From the NCBI RefSeq assembly GCF_009914755.1, contig NC_060925.1: a DNA stretch of 64,000 nt. One strand, written 5' to 3'. Shown here piece by piece: positions 1 to 22,179 of the stretch; the stretch's first letter is position 1, and the number at the start of each line of letters is the position of its first letter. A program made the position numbers and the translations under genes. Under the pieces are notes generated by a model. That model was not told the origin of the DNA. It saw only the letters and a list, made by a program, of their open reading frames with translations, and searched no databases. This stretch comes from the human T2T-CHM13v2.0 reference genome, Homo sapiens.

Positions 1-312
1 CTGAGATCATGCCATTGCACTCCAGCCTGGGCAACAAGAGCGAAACTTTGTCTCAAAAAAAAAAAAAAAAAAAAAAGGCACAGTCCCTATATCCCAGGGC
101 CCTGAGACCCAGAGGTCACCCACAACCTCCCATTGTTCTTTCCCTGGGGCAAGGAGGCTATGTGCTCTAGTGCTTAGGCGCACAGCTCTGGAGTCAGTAT
201 CAGGTCTGAGGTTGCATCTGAGACCCAGCTCTGTCACTTGCAACTATGGTCTTCAAGACAGTTCATGACCTTGAACAGGTTACCTCCCTGAGCCTCAGTT
301 TTCTCATCTCTA

Positions 313-1130
<818 letters not shown>

Positions 1131-1349
1131 TGATACTAGACTGGGTGTGGTGGTTCAGGTCTGTAACCCCAGCACTTTGGGAGGCCAAAATGGGAGAATC
1201 GCTTGAGCCCAGGAGTTTGAGACCAGCCTGGGCAACATAGCGAGACTCTGTCCTACCAAAAACAACAAAAAAATGCGACTGATAGTACCTACCACACCTG
1301 GCAGGTGGTGAGCTATTAGCCAATGGTGGCTGCTGTTCCTATTGTCATT

Positions 1350-1528
1350 AGCATCACGTGTCTGGCCTCCTGCCCTTAGAGTTGTAAGCCCTGAAAAAGG
1401 ACAGGAATTGCTCACTCGAGGAGCTCAGCTTTTAAGACACAAGTCTCCTGAAGTTCCCGGCCGAATAAAGCTCCTTCCTTCTTTAACCTGGTGACTGAGG
1501 AGTTTTGCCTGCGGCTCGTCCTGCTACA
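1350..1528 (+). mobile_element. MER41-type LTR 3' fragment
   Basis: CCCGGCCGAATAAAG...TGAGGAGTTTTGCCTGCGGCTCGTCCTGCTACA is the characteristic MER41 terminus. Confidence 0.7.
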
Positions 1529-1984
1529 CTGCTATGCCTCAGCCCTTGACCTCTGGGTGCCCGCTGCTCCATGCTGTGCCCCAAAGGGGGCATATTCACA
1601 TTATCTCATTAAATCCTTACTTCAACCCATTTCCAGATGAGAAAACTGAGGCTCAGAGAGATTGGGCTCTCACCTATTCAAGGCGACATGCTTCAGGGAA
1701 GTGGTGAGCCCAAAGCTCATTCCACTTAGACCAGCAGCCTCCCAATGAGTGACTGAAGGGCAAGGCCGAGGCATTTGTGCTTTGAGGCTCTACTTCTGTA
1801 TCCAGGTCAGACCCAGAATGCCACGGTGCTGTATAAATGCTCATCAGTCCAGGCTGGACCGCTCATGCCCAACTAAGGAACCTGCCCTGCAAATGGAAAA
1901 CCAAGAAACAGGGCCAAAAAGATAAATGTTGCCAAGTTGCAATGGCAAGCAAGCCAGATTTGGGCAAAACCAAACCAGCCACTG

Positions 1985-2728
<744 letters not shown>

Positions 2729-2774
2729 TTAGAAATCTGGATGCTAACAGCTTCAGCATCTGGCCACCTGGACT

Positions 2775-2930
2775 CCAATCTTGGCTCACCAGCCCCTCAC
2801 CAGCTGTGTGACCCTGCACCAGTGTCTTCACTTCTCTGAGCTTCAGTTTCCTCATCTGCAAAATGGGATAATAATGGTGCCTGTTTCTAGCATGAGCATT
2901 AAATAAAATACTCCGTGCTAAGCTATATGC
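2775..2930 (+). repeat. MIR
   Basis: GCTGTGTGACC...CTCTGAGCTTCAGTTTCCTCATCTGCAAAATGGGATAATAAT core. Other MIR cores lie near 180-320, 1600-1710, 8990-9090 and 57940-58075. Confidence 0.8.
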
Positions 2931-2939
2931 CTGGATATG

Positions 2940-3340
2940 GTGTGGCAGAAACTGCAATGTGCTCACCACAAAGCATTTCCGATTCCTCTTAGGAATATGG
3001 CTAAAAGCCATTTCCCAGACTCCCTTGCAGTCAGATACGGCCATGTGGTCAAGTTCTGGTCCATAGAATTAAGACAGAAAGACAGCGTGCCACTTTAGGC
3101 TTGGTCCATAAAATTATTTCTCTCCTTCCTGGTCCATCAGCTAGAAGGAAATAACTCCAAGGTCCTAGGGGATGCCGCAACCACAAGACAGAAGGGATCT
3201 CGGTCCCTGGGTCGCCACATAGAAAGCCACCTGCCAAACACCCAACAGGGCTTTTCATGAATGAGAAATAAACTTCTATTGCGCTAAGCCTCTGAGAATT
3301 CAGGGTTTCACTATCACATTAGCTAGTGTTACCTTAATTA
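2940..3340 (+). mobile_element. MLT1 (MaLR) LTR
   Basis: CATTTCCCAGACTCCCTTGCAG...GGCCATGTG and TGAGAAATAAACTTCTATTG...TAAGCC motifs. Confidence 0.7.
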
Positions 3341-3860
3341 CTACCTGCAGTTCAACAGCGGGTAAGTGTTGGCTATTACTACTGTTATCATTACTATCAT
3401 GAGTATTATTGGCTCTTTCTAGTCCCCAAGCTAGAACCCTGTGCCTTGTTCTAGATGCTGAGACATTATTTGGTGACCAAATACAGAGGAGACACCCTTT
3501 GTACCCTTCCCTCCCCACTACCACCCTCCAAACTTGCCTTTTGCCAGGGCTAGCGGCAGGAACTAGCCAAAAAGCCCCTCAAAGATTACTCGTTTCAAAC
3601 ATAGCAGCTGCTCTTATCCGCTTACCCCTTCATTATCCTCCTGCTGCTGACTAGAAATTATGACAAAAATATTGAACCAACCACGAGCCAGGCCCTTTGC
3701 CCAAAACGTTACATCTGTCCCTTACCTGCTTTAACACTCCTGGCACCACCCTACTCACTTTACAGATGACAGCGTGAAGTCTCAGCGAAGTTAAATAATT
3801 GGCTCCAATGCACCCAGCCACAAAGAGCTCAAGTCACAGCCGCGACCTAGGTGTGCCTGA

Positions 3861-4520
<660 letters not shown>

Positions 4521-4816
4521 CAGTAACGGCAATGACTTCCATCCTGCAGCGCCTGCTGTGTACCTGGCACCACCCCAGGACGCCGATGTGTATTATATAA
4601 GCCACTGCCTGGACTGCTGAGATGGCTCCCCGAGGGTCTCTATGCTTCCTGCTCATCCCCTCACCCACTCAAGTTTCACACAGTAAAGGTCATATCCCTC
4701 CCCTACCCAAGGCCCTCTACTAGCCCTTACCGCACCTAAAATGAAGTTCAAAGTCCTTCCATGGCCCACAGGGCCCACCAGATCTGGTCCCACTCCACTT
4801 CTCCCACCTCATCTCC

Positions 4817-5670
<854 letters not shown>

Positions 5671-6149
5671 TTGGCTTAGTTCACTGCCACTTCCACAGTG
5701 CATGGGCTAAGGCCAAAGCTCCATGAAGAGCTGCTGAATGAATTAATGAATGCTAAGAGCCAAGGACACCAGCGAACACATATCCAGCATCTGCCGCATC
5801 CCAGAAGTTCAGGGTGAAAACCAGGGAGTGACCCCCACAGGGGCCACCTGGGTGGAAAGGGGGCCTCCCCTCCTAGGGCTGAAAGACTGGGGAGGGGAGG
5901 GTTAAGTCAGGGAAATGTGCGCGGGTGGGGAGCCTCCGAGATCCAGGGGTTGACTCCTGGAGTCGTGCCTGAACCTCGCTGTCCTCTGCTCCCGCCACAA
6001 GATCTGTTTATTAAGCACCTGCTGTGAGCCCAGCGAAAGAAAACAGAAATCTCTGTTTTCTGGCGTAAACAGACAGATGGCACCCTGAAGGCCCCCTCCC
6101 CAGGGTCCCCATTCCCCAGTCAATCGTCTTCCCAAGGGAGCTGTGACCT

Positions 6150-7500
6150 GGTCACCAGAGGGGCAGACATCCGCCCCAGCACGGTCGTCAGGCTTAAGTC
6201 TGTGTGAAAATCAGGAGGGAGCTCGTTCAAAATGCCCACTCCAGAGACGCTGCCGGGCACAGGGGCCTGAGGCCCCATGGTGAGAGGCGCAAGGGGTGCA
6301 GGGCCCCATCCCCGCACAGCATCCGGCGGCCCTGCCTCCGTGGCCAGCCCAACCGCGCGCTCTGGGCCTCAGTTTACCCATCCGCACAATGGAGATGCTT
6401 CCGACTCGGCAGGGTTGCAATGAAGACGAAACCGCGTCCCACACTAGGAGGGCAGTGCAGGGCGGGGCCCGCACGCAGGAGCTGCAGAGGGCATCTGCGA
6501 GGGGTAGCGGCCGTCGCGAGGGCCTCCCACGGCCGCCCGCGGAGCGAGGGGACCCCGACCGGCGGAGGGACGGCTGCGCCCTGCAGGCCGCTGCGCCCAG
6601 GCAGGCCTCTGCGCCCGGGCAGGCCTCGGCCTCCTGTCGCGCCCCCGGCCCGCGACAATCCCGGCAGGATGGGCGGCAGGACGCGGAGGGGCATCTGCGG
6701 AGCCCGTCGGGAACGCCCTCTTGGCTTCCGGTGCCGGGCAGCGGCGGGCGCGGCGCCCACAGCGCCCCTAGCCCCGGGACATGGCTCCAGCCCGCCCCCA
6801 GGCGAGCGGCCTCCTTCGCCCGGAGCGCGTCGGTCCAGCCCCCGCGCACGCGCGCACCCCCAGCCTCCTACCTTCGCTCGCCTTCTCCGCAGCCGCTGCC
6901 GCCGAGGCCGAGGGGCCGCACCGGGTGCGGCGGGGCGGGGCGTCCCTTCCACTAGGCGGGGAGAACCGGGGGCGGAGCCTGCGCCGCGCGAGAGAGGCTC
7001 AGGCCGGGGCGGAGGCGAGGCCGGGGCCGAGGCGGGGGCGGGGGCGGGGCCGGGCGCCAGGGGCCGCGGGTCTGCGGCGCTTACAGGGACCACCCTGGGC
7101 GGAAACGCCTGGTGAGCCCTCCCGCTTGCAGCCTCGCACCGCCGGGCAAGCTAGGCTCCTCCTGCACGCACGAAGGAGGATTCCACAGGAACGAACCACG
7201 ACCCCCAAGGTTTCGCAGTTGTAAGACCGCAGCGCAGGATCGAAACCCCGACCCGGCTGCAGAGTCCCCCTGCGGTTTGGCCGGGCCTCAAAGGCCTGAA
7301 ACTCCTGACCCATCGCCCAGCCAGAACGAGGGGACGTTTCATGCCAGCCCTGTCACAGCCCCCAACGACGATCCCGAAGCTTCGGTGATTTGACCGGTCA
7401 GAGAGAATGCCTTTGTTTTCCTGACTGACGTGCAATCCTGGGGAAGGCACTCTGGCCTCATTTTGTTCGCGAGACTCAACCCGGCGGCGCGCCTGTCTCG
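6150..7500. promoter_or_regulatory. CpG island with GC boxes; probable minus-strand promoter of the CROCC paralog (CROCCP3)
   Basis: Very high GC and CpG density; repeated GGGGCGGGG at 6932-6942 and 7034-7051; minus-strand donor AAG|GTAGG at 6872/6871. The CROCC link is inferred from locus position only. Confidence 0.7.
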
Positions 7501-7589
7501 TGTCCTTTCTACTGTAACAATATGTTCGTTTCAACCCCCGACTGGGCTTCGACCTCCTTCTGTTATTGAAGGCATGGGATGAAATCATT

Positions 7590-8166
7590 CTTCTTTTTTT
7601 TTTTTTTTTTGAGGGAGTCTCACTCTATTGCCCAGGCAGTGGTGTAATCTCGGCTAAATGCAACCTCCGCCTCCCGGATTCAAGAGATTCTCCTGCCTCA
7701 GCCTCCTGAGTAGCTGGGACTACAGGCGCCCGCTGCCACGCCCGGCTGATTTTTTTTTTTTTTTTTTTTTTTGAGACGGAGTCACCCAGGCTGGACTGCA
7801 GTGGCGCGATCTCGGCTCACTGCAAGCTCCGACTTCCCGTTTCCCGCCATTCTCCTGCCTCAGCCTCTCTGAGTAGCTGGGACTACAGGTGCCCGCCACC
7901 ACGCCGGGCTAATTTTTTGTATTTTTAGTAGAGACAGGGTTTCACCGTGGTCTCGATCTCCTGACCTCATGATCTGCCCGCCTCGGCCTCCCAAAGTGCT
8001 GGGATTACAAGCGTGAGCCACTGTGCCCGGCCAAATTTTTGTATTTTTAGTAGAGACGGGGTTTCACCATATTGGCCAAGCTTGTCTCGAACTCCTGACC
8101 TCGCGATCCACTCGTCTTGGCTTCCCAAAGTACTGGGATTACAGGCGTGAGCCACCGCACCCGGCC
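7590..8166 (-). repeat. AluY (7750-8031) nested in the linker of an AluS
   Basis: Outer right arm 7590-7749, inner CpG-rich Alu, then the outer left arm 8032-8166. Confidence 0.85.
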
Positions 8167-9865
8167 GAGATCATTCATTTTCAAAGGGAGAGGCAGCTCT
8201 GAATCTCTAGGGCTAAGAGAGGGATGTGTTTGGTTTGAAAAAGCATGTTTAATTTAATGATTTTGTGTTTTTTCCAAACACAGTACCCAGAGAGAACGGC
8301 CAGCAGGCCCGCGGCTGATGGTTGCTTCTGTGTTTCCTGCGTGGTAGGAGGGAAGCAGTGGAAGTTCCATCTTTGTCAAAGAGGAACCTGTCTGTGACAT
8401 CTGAAACACTGCACTAAAGGCTGCCAGTGTGCCCTTCGGGCTCTGAAACCCGGCCCAGTGCAAGCAAGACTGTGGCCTGGACCAGGGCTGAGAGCTGTTT
8501 GTCAGGAGAGATTCGGGCCATTCCCTGGGGTTTGGGTTGGAAGGGTGATGTTACCAAGATTGGAAGGAAGGTCACAGTTTCCCTGAGGTGTCCCTGGCCC
8601 AACTGCAGGAGGGCTGACTGACATCTGCCAGTATGCACAGCCAGTCCCTGGATGCCCAGCATGGCCCAGGTCTGTGTGACCCTGTCTGGAGTCCCCAGAC
8701 TTGCTATGTCCCTACCCAGGCCCTGGTGGGCTCATGACCTCCCCAGTCCAGTTCTGATGCTGCCTGTCCCTGTGAAGCCCACTCCAGTGTTCATATCACC
8801 AGGGCTGGGCTCAGGCCTGTGTCCTTGCCCCTCTCTCCAGGGCATCTTGGGTCTCCCTTGGTGACAGTACCTGCACCCTGCGGGCAGCCTGCGCTGGCTG
8901 TGAACCACACTGCCGCCTACTTCCTCTTCTATGTTCCCGCTCTGTCCACAGTCCCCTCTGAACACTCCCGTGAAGCAGGTTCTAGGATCATCTCCATTTT
9001 ATAGAAGGGGAGATTGAGGATCAGAGACATGCAGTCATTTGCCCAAGGACACACGCAGGAAGTTCAATGGCTTCCAATCCCATGCTCTTTCCTCTACACC
9101 GTGCTGACTCACTTGAGGTTTTAACAGGGGGCGGCAAACACAGCTCCTCTCCCCTTGACCCTCTCACTCCCAAAGCCCATAGGACCCTGCTGCAGGGTGG
9201 CACATACTTAACCTCCTTGGGGGGGCCTCCAGCTCCCCTCTCTGTGTAGAGCCTACGTTCCCTGCTGTGCTGAGTCCTTGGCTCTGCTCAGCTCAGCCTG
9301 ACCGGGCTGCGGTCATTTGAATCCCCAGTGCTGCCGCCCACCGGTCACCCTGTCCTGTCACCAGGTGGTGACTGGCCCAGTGACCCCCAAGACCACCCGC
9401 CAGAAAAGAATCATGCCAGGTGCTCACCTGCTCACTGCAGAGGGCTCTAAATCTGCAACTCAGGTAACAGGGAAACAACTGATTGGAGTTACCACCCTCA
9501 GGTTGCTAAGGCCAAGTGCCTGCCAAATCCAGCGGCTCAGCTGGGGTGGACTCTGCCCACCATCAGCAAAACGACATTCACCAGGAGGCTTAGAGGTAAT
9601 TGCTCTGGTTAACTGGATTTGCTGGGCATCTGAAGGCTAACTTGCAGAGTCTTTCTATCATGCCAGACTTTAACAGCAAAAAGTTAGAAAGACCTAAACA
9701 TTCAGCAGTAGGGGACTTGTATAATAAACCATGGGTTATTCATATAATGGCACACTATGATGTCATTCCAAATGTTATAGAAGAACGTTCAATGACTGGA
9801 CAGATGGTTACAATATATTAAGTGAAAGGTTCAGAAAAGTAATACAGAATAAGCCCATATTGTAA

Positions 9866-11177
<1,312 letters not shown>

Positions 11178-11814
11178 TGGAGAGCAGTTGTTCCAGCATA
11201 GTGATTACATGGTTTTTATATCATTCCATTTTCTTTCCTTTGTTGGCTTATTAGGTATAACTCTTTCTTTCTTCTGGTCCACCACTCCCTGACTTCTTTC
11301 CCTCCTTTTGCTTTTTCAGTGAAGGCTTCAGGGTTTCCAGAATACATCTTTATCAGTGCCATCTAGTGACATTATACCTCCCCTTCTGGCCATTATGCTA
11401 GTGTTGTCATGTAATTTGATTTTAGACATGTTATAAAACCCAGAATCCATTATTATTGCCTTTGTTTAATCGGTCAAATTATTTTAAAAGATTTAAATAA
11501 TAAGAACATGTATATTTAACTGTGTACATACCGATTTCCAGTAGTCTCCATTTCTTTGTGTAGATGCAGATTTCTGTCTGGTATCCTTGTAGTGTGGGTT
11601 GCTGAATTCTTTCATTTTTTTGTATGTCTTTAAATGTCCTTATTTCAGTCACATTCTTGAAAGATTTTTCACTTTGACATAGAATTCTAGGAAAACTTTA
11701 TTTCTTTCAGTACTTTAGGATGTTGCCACTTTGTTTTTGTAAAACTGGCATAAAGTTGGCTTCCTGTACTTATATAATTTTTGGAATGTGTATTTAAGTT
11801 AAAAACATTAAAAT

Positions 11815-11940
11815 GGGCTGGACCAGGTGGTGCATGCCTGTAGTCCCAGCACTTTGGGAGGAGGAGACAGGAGGATCGCTTGAGGACCAGAGTTGGAGAC
11901 CAGTATGGGCAAGATTGCAAGACCCTGTCTCTCTGTCTCT

Positions 11941-11979
<39 letters not shown>
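11815..11979 (+). repeat. FLAM/AluJ monomer with (CA)n tail
   Basis: GGAGGATCGCTTGAGGACCAGAGTTGGAGACCAG followed by a CA microsatellite at about 11945-11979. Confidence 0.8.
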
Positions 11980-11981
<2 letters not shown>

Positions 11982-12213
11982 CATGAATGTCTTAGATTCA
12001 TTGTAAGTTCCACCGACAGTGTGCTTAAAGTAAAATGTGCCCAACCTGAGGGTCAAACCTACCTGCTGACATGTAGTTTGTGCTTGTGAGACATTCTCAA
12101 CAGCATTTCCTTTCCCTAGCATAGTGGTTTTCGTGTTTTCCTCACACCTGAATGTCTTAAGTGCAAAACCTGTCAGTCAGAAATCATTTCCTTTGCCAAA
12201 AGATTCTAAAATA

Positions 12214-12854
<641 letters not shown>

Positions 12855-13483
12855 TAAAAATAAACTTCTCAGTTGCATCCCTGGAATCCATAGAAAGCCC
12901 AGGAGAGACAATCAAGTACTACAGGATCAAGCATTAAACAGGGGAAGACAAAGCCTGGCTTCCTAACTAGGAGTCAGGACAAAGTTATCTGCTTTGGTTT
13001 CCTATGGAGACCAGAACTCGGTTCACCTGCAAAGGGAGGATGCAGCCCAGAGGAGGCAGACTTTCTCTTCATGGTGCCTTCAGATAGGAAATCTCCTAGG
13101 ATTTCTTTCTTTCACTTTGATCTACTCCCAATGCTCCCTTTCTGTTTCTTCAAGACCTTTCTTGGATCCCTAATGTGCAGGACCTAAGGGGCTGGTGCCC
13201 TTCCCTACCCTTCCTGCCTGGGTGTCTTCAGCACCGGAGCTCACACAGAATGTTACTGCCTGCCAGAGACAGTGAGAGGACCAAGGAGGGCGATGGGTGC
13301 AGTGGGAACTACTGAGTCACCATGTACCTGTGCCTCATGGGCTCCTAGCAAATTGAATAAACACTCCCTGAAGCATGGCACCAGTTCCAAGTACAATTAC
13401 TACTTGGCTCTATGAGCTGAGTGCACGTTCCCCCCAGCACGGAAATCCTAGAAACTCCCATGGATGCTATAGTGAAAAGCAGG

Positions 13484-13772
13484 GGCTGGCCAGGTATGAT
13501 GGATCACACCTGTAATCCCAGTGCTTTAGAAGGCTGAGGTAGGGCGGATCATTTGAGTCCAGGAGTTGGAGACCAACCTGGGCAACATGGAGAAACTTCA
13601 ACTCTTAAAAAACAAAACAACCACCACAACAACAAAAACAACAGAAATCAGCTGGCTGTGGTGACTCGTGCCTCTGCTACTCCAGAGGCTGTGGTAGGAG
13701 GATCACTTGAACCAAGATGCCACCAGATACAGTGAGACTCTGTCTCAGGGAAAAAGTCAAACAAACAAAAAA
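13484..13772 (+). repeat. AluJ, degraded
   Basis: Old diverged Alu dimer inserted in the U1-flank paralog. Confidence 0.75.
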
Positions 13773-14142
13773 AGAGGCTGTGTAAGAGGTGATTCTGGGG
13801 ACAGCGGAAAAACACTAAGGTTTTCAAGTGGTGTTAAAAGCCAGTAGGCCTTGGGGACCATTAAGCAATCTACAAAGCAGGGAAGCCTAGATCCCTGAGC
13901 TCTGCCTGCCAAGTACCACCACAGCTAACATGGGAGACCTCCCCCACAGAGACTGAAATTTGCCTCCCAAGGAAACAAGTGACTACAGACATCTGTCCCA
14001 GGACAGTAAACAAGAAAACAAGGTGTCACAAAAACAAAAACAGCTGACCACAGCATACAATCACTGAGACTGAGCCTGCGACTATAGGCAAAAAAAAAAA
14101 AAAAAAAAAAAAATGCCGTCTATTATTCATACCATGAAAGAC

Positions 14143-14174
14143 CAGGGGAAAGTGTGAACGCAGTCCCCTACTAC
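14143..14174 (-). pseudogene. U1 snRNA 3'-end remnant (stem-loop IV) interrupted by an LTR
   Basis: CAGGGGAAAGTGTGAACGCAGTCCCCTACTAC matches 21819-21850 (CAGGGGAAAGCGCGAACGCAGTCCCCCACTAC). The flank at 13390-13830 is homologous to the U1 3' flank at 21400-21545. Confidence 0.8.
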
Positions 14175-14722
14175 TGTTGTGGGAATCAGGAGAACAGAGA
14201 GACCGATAGGTGGAACAGGAGGATTTATTGACTGCACTCAGGCACAGTGGATTAAAATCCAAAAGCTGAGCCGTGAACAAAGACAGGGCTTGACTTTATA
14301 GACACTTCTGAAAGGGGGTTGGCTAGTTTGAATGGCGCGGCGGGAATTTGATGGCACGAAACTCGTGGGGCAGGCAAGAGGGCTTACAGAAGCAGAAGAA
14401 AGGCAGCTAATCAAACTGTCACAGGTCTTGCAATGCAAGTATGGCTGGTGACCTTGCAGCTGCACTGAAGGGAAATCAGGAACTTAACAAAACTTGAATA
14501 ATTAGAAATGGAAAGGGGGAAAGAGAAGGTAGTAAAGGCATTTGTTGTTTTTTCCTCTTATCTTTGCTAGGGGCTGTGTTGAGAGAGTCTCCGGAACACA
14601 TTCCTCGGGGCTCTGACTTTTCAGATCGTGTTACCGAGGATCTGCTAGGGCTCTATCTATGGCAGGTCTTGGAGTCAGCCAAGTACAGGGAAACCTGTCT
14701 TTTCCTTTTAACTTCTGCCTTA
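14175..14722 (-). mobile_element. Solo LTR inserted into the U1 remnant (family not confidently assigned)
   Basis: Minus strand ends ...AATAAATCCTCCTGTTCCACC...TTCCCACAACA, with a TATA-like TCTATAAAG (plus-strand 14295-14303). Confidence 0.75.
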
Positions 14723-15289
14723 TTACTACAAGTTGTACAGCACACCATGCCTGGTTTTCATCAGCAATGTTTCCTGAGGTTACAGAAAGATTTCTAATCC
14801 TGGGAGGAAACACTCCCTTGAAGCAAAAGTGTTCTCCCCCAAAAAATGCAAGGAGCTATCTTCTTGATAGCCAGGCAGATAATTCTCAGGTTTTGCCCCA
14901 CAGAATCTCGATCTAAAATAGAGCAGTGGTCATGCCTAGTGAAAAGTTTGAGGGAACTCACCCAACGTTGGGTTTCTTCAGAGCCATATGTATAGATATA
15001 ACCAAATATCCTAAAAGACACTGCCCTTCATCATTCCATGCTGTTAGACATTTATAGGACCATGGATGGTGATCTCCTCCAGACAAAAATAAATGCTGGT
15101 GCAGAACAGGTAAGTGTATTATAATTTGAGTACATCAGCTTTTGGGCATTTTAAACCATGGGTCAGACATGTTAAAGAAAGAGCCAGGTTGATAGTAAAA
15201 GGGAGTGTTTTTCTATTAATTTTCCAATAGCAAAGTGATGTTTGCCACTGTCATTTCAGAGTGAGGGGACAATTTGTTGTTGTTTGGTT

Positions 15290-20672
<5,383 letters not shown>

Positions 20673-21794
20673 TGATCAAAAGTAGGTGAGGTCAGAAAAC
20701 ATACCCTGGGAGAGGCTGGCACAATGCCCAGAACCGCCATCGCTAGGCCTGGGGTTTTCCTCTGTAGTGGAATACTAGTATTCATGTAGTGCAGGGACAA
20801 AACCAATTAGATAGTTCTGGGAGTTAAAAAGAGATGATTTACAGTGCTATTTGAGAAGGGGTATTAAGGAATTTGCCAGGGCACTGACGCGTGTCAGGTG
20901 TAAACCTCAGGTTGAGAGAGAGCTAAGTATTTTCTGTCCATGAAGGTGATAAGTGAGGGCCTGAAGAAAGAGGGACTGGGGAGGACACTGGCACCAGAAA
21001 TAGGAAAGGGCTTCTTGGGGGTGGGAAGGATGGGTCACGGTGCTATCTATAAAGTTGGCTGGCAGTGGATGTAGGATGTGGGAGTGAGACATCAAACATG
21101 AAGCAGTCGCTTAAAGTCTGAAGAAAGACTAGATATATGAACTGCAGGAGATAGTAGGGAAACTGGACCGGCTCCTCATAAAACTTCCCGCCTTCTATCT
21201 CCGGGAGGATCGCAGGGCATTTCCGCCAAGACAGGTGAGACTGCGGTTCTGACCTGCGGGCCTCCGTGCATATGCGCTAGGGCACCTGGGGGCCGGCAGA
21301 GCCGTTCCCCTACGCAAAGTAAGAGTGTTATGTCTACAACCCAACGTGGACACTGAGAGCCCCAAAGGCCCTGCTTTCTTCCCAGAGAACTGCCCATCTG
21401 CATAATTTCTACCTGGCTCTATGAGGTGAGAACACATTCCCCGCTAGCACAGAAATCCTACAAACTCCTGTGGGGGCTGCGCTTCGAAGCAGAGGCTGTG
21501 TAAGAGGTGACTGGGGGGTAGGGAAAAACACGAAGATTTTCACACAGGGTGAGAACCCAAGAGACTGGAGACCACGGACCAATCCCTGCAAAAAGCAGCC
21601 AGGGTAGAAAGGGAAGAGCTGAGCGGACTTCACGATAGCTAATTTGTGTTACAAAGCCGATACGGCTGATGCTCGTTTTTTCTCCTATGGCATGCAGGCG
21701 ACATGTTACTTCCTATTCCCATAAACCCTCCACTGTAGGATTAACACCTAAGACACCAACCAAGACAAAAAAAGATATGACCCTTGGTGTACAG

Positions 21795-21808
21795 TCTGTT
21801 TTTGAAAC
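21795..21808 (-). terminator. snRNA 3' box (Integrator processing signal)
   Basis: Minus strand GTTTCAAAAACAGA starting 11 nt after the U1 3' end; fits consensus GTTTN0-3AAARNNAGA. Confidence 0.9.
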
Positions 21809-21818
21809 TCCAGAAAGT

Positions 21819-21982
21819 CAGGGGAAAGCGCGAACGCAGTCCCCCACTACCACAAATTATGCAGTCGAGTTTCCCACATTTGGGGAAATCGCAGGGGTCA
21901 GCACATCCGGAGTGCAATGGATAAGCCTCGCTCTGGGAAAACCACCTTCGTGATCATGGTATCTCCCCTGCCAGGTAAGTAT
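21819..21982 (-). ncRNA. RNU1-1: U1 spliceosomal snRNA gene, full length (164 nt)
   Basis: Reverse complement reads ATACTTACCTGGCAGGGGAGATACCATGATCACGAAGG...AATTTGTGGTAGTGGGGGACTGCGTTCGCGCTTTCCCCTG. It matches canonical U1 except G51A. Copy identity (RNU1-1) is inferred from neighbouring genes. Confidence 0.97.
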
Positions 21983-22022
21983 GAAACCTTGTGCCTCTGC
22001 CCCGACACAGCCTCATACGCCT

Positions 22023-22045
22023 CACTCTTTACACACACGGTCACT
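22023..22045 (-). promoter_or_regulatory. U1 proximal sequence element (PSE, SNAPc site)
   Basis: Minus strand AGTGACCGTGTGTGTAAAGAGTG at about -63 to -41 from the U1 start; this is the known human U1 PSE. Confidence 0.9.
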
Positions 22046-22179
22046 TGCCCCGCGCACTCCCGAGCCCTTTCCAGCCCTGACACACAGCTGGGATTCTCAC
22101 TTCCGATCAGCGGTCCTGAACCCGCTCCCAGGGCACGGGAACTCCCTTCGTGGCGACGCAGCAAGTGGCGAAGCAGCAG

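Noticed and set aside
1350-1528. MER41 as an interferon-inducible enhancer
   Set aside because: Only the 3' end of the LTR is present, and I cannot see the tandem GAS sites described for MER41B.
6204-7313. Long overlapping ORFs of 212-303 aa on both strands
   Set aside because: Arg/Pro/Gly/Ala-rich, open in several frames at once and inside a CpG island; this is stop-codon scarcity, with no domain similarity.
21972-21980. Perfect plus-strand donor CAG|GTAAGT
   Set aside because: It is simply the reverse complement of the U1 5' end; no evidence of a plus-strand exon.
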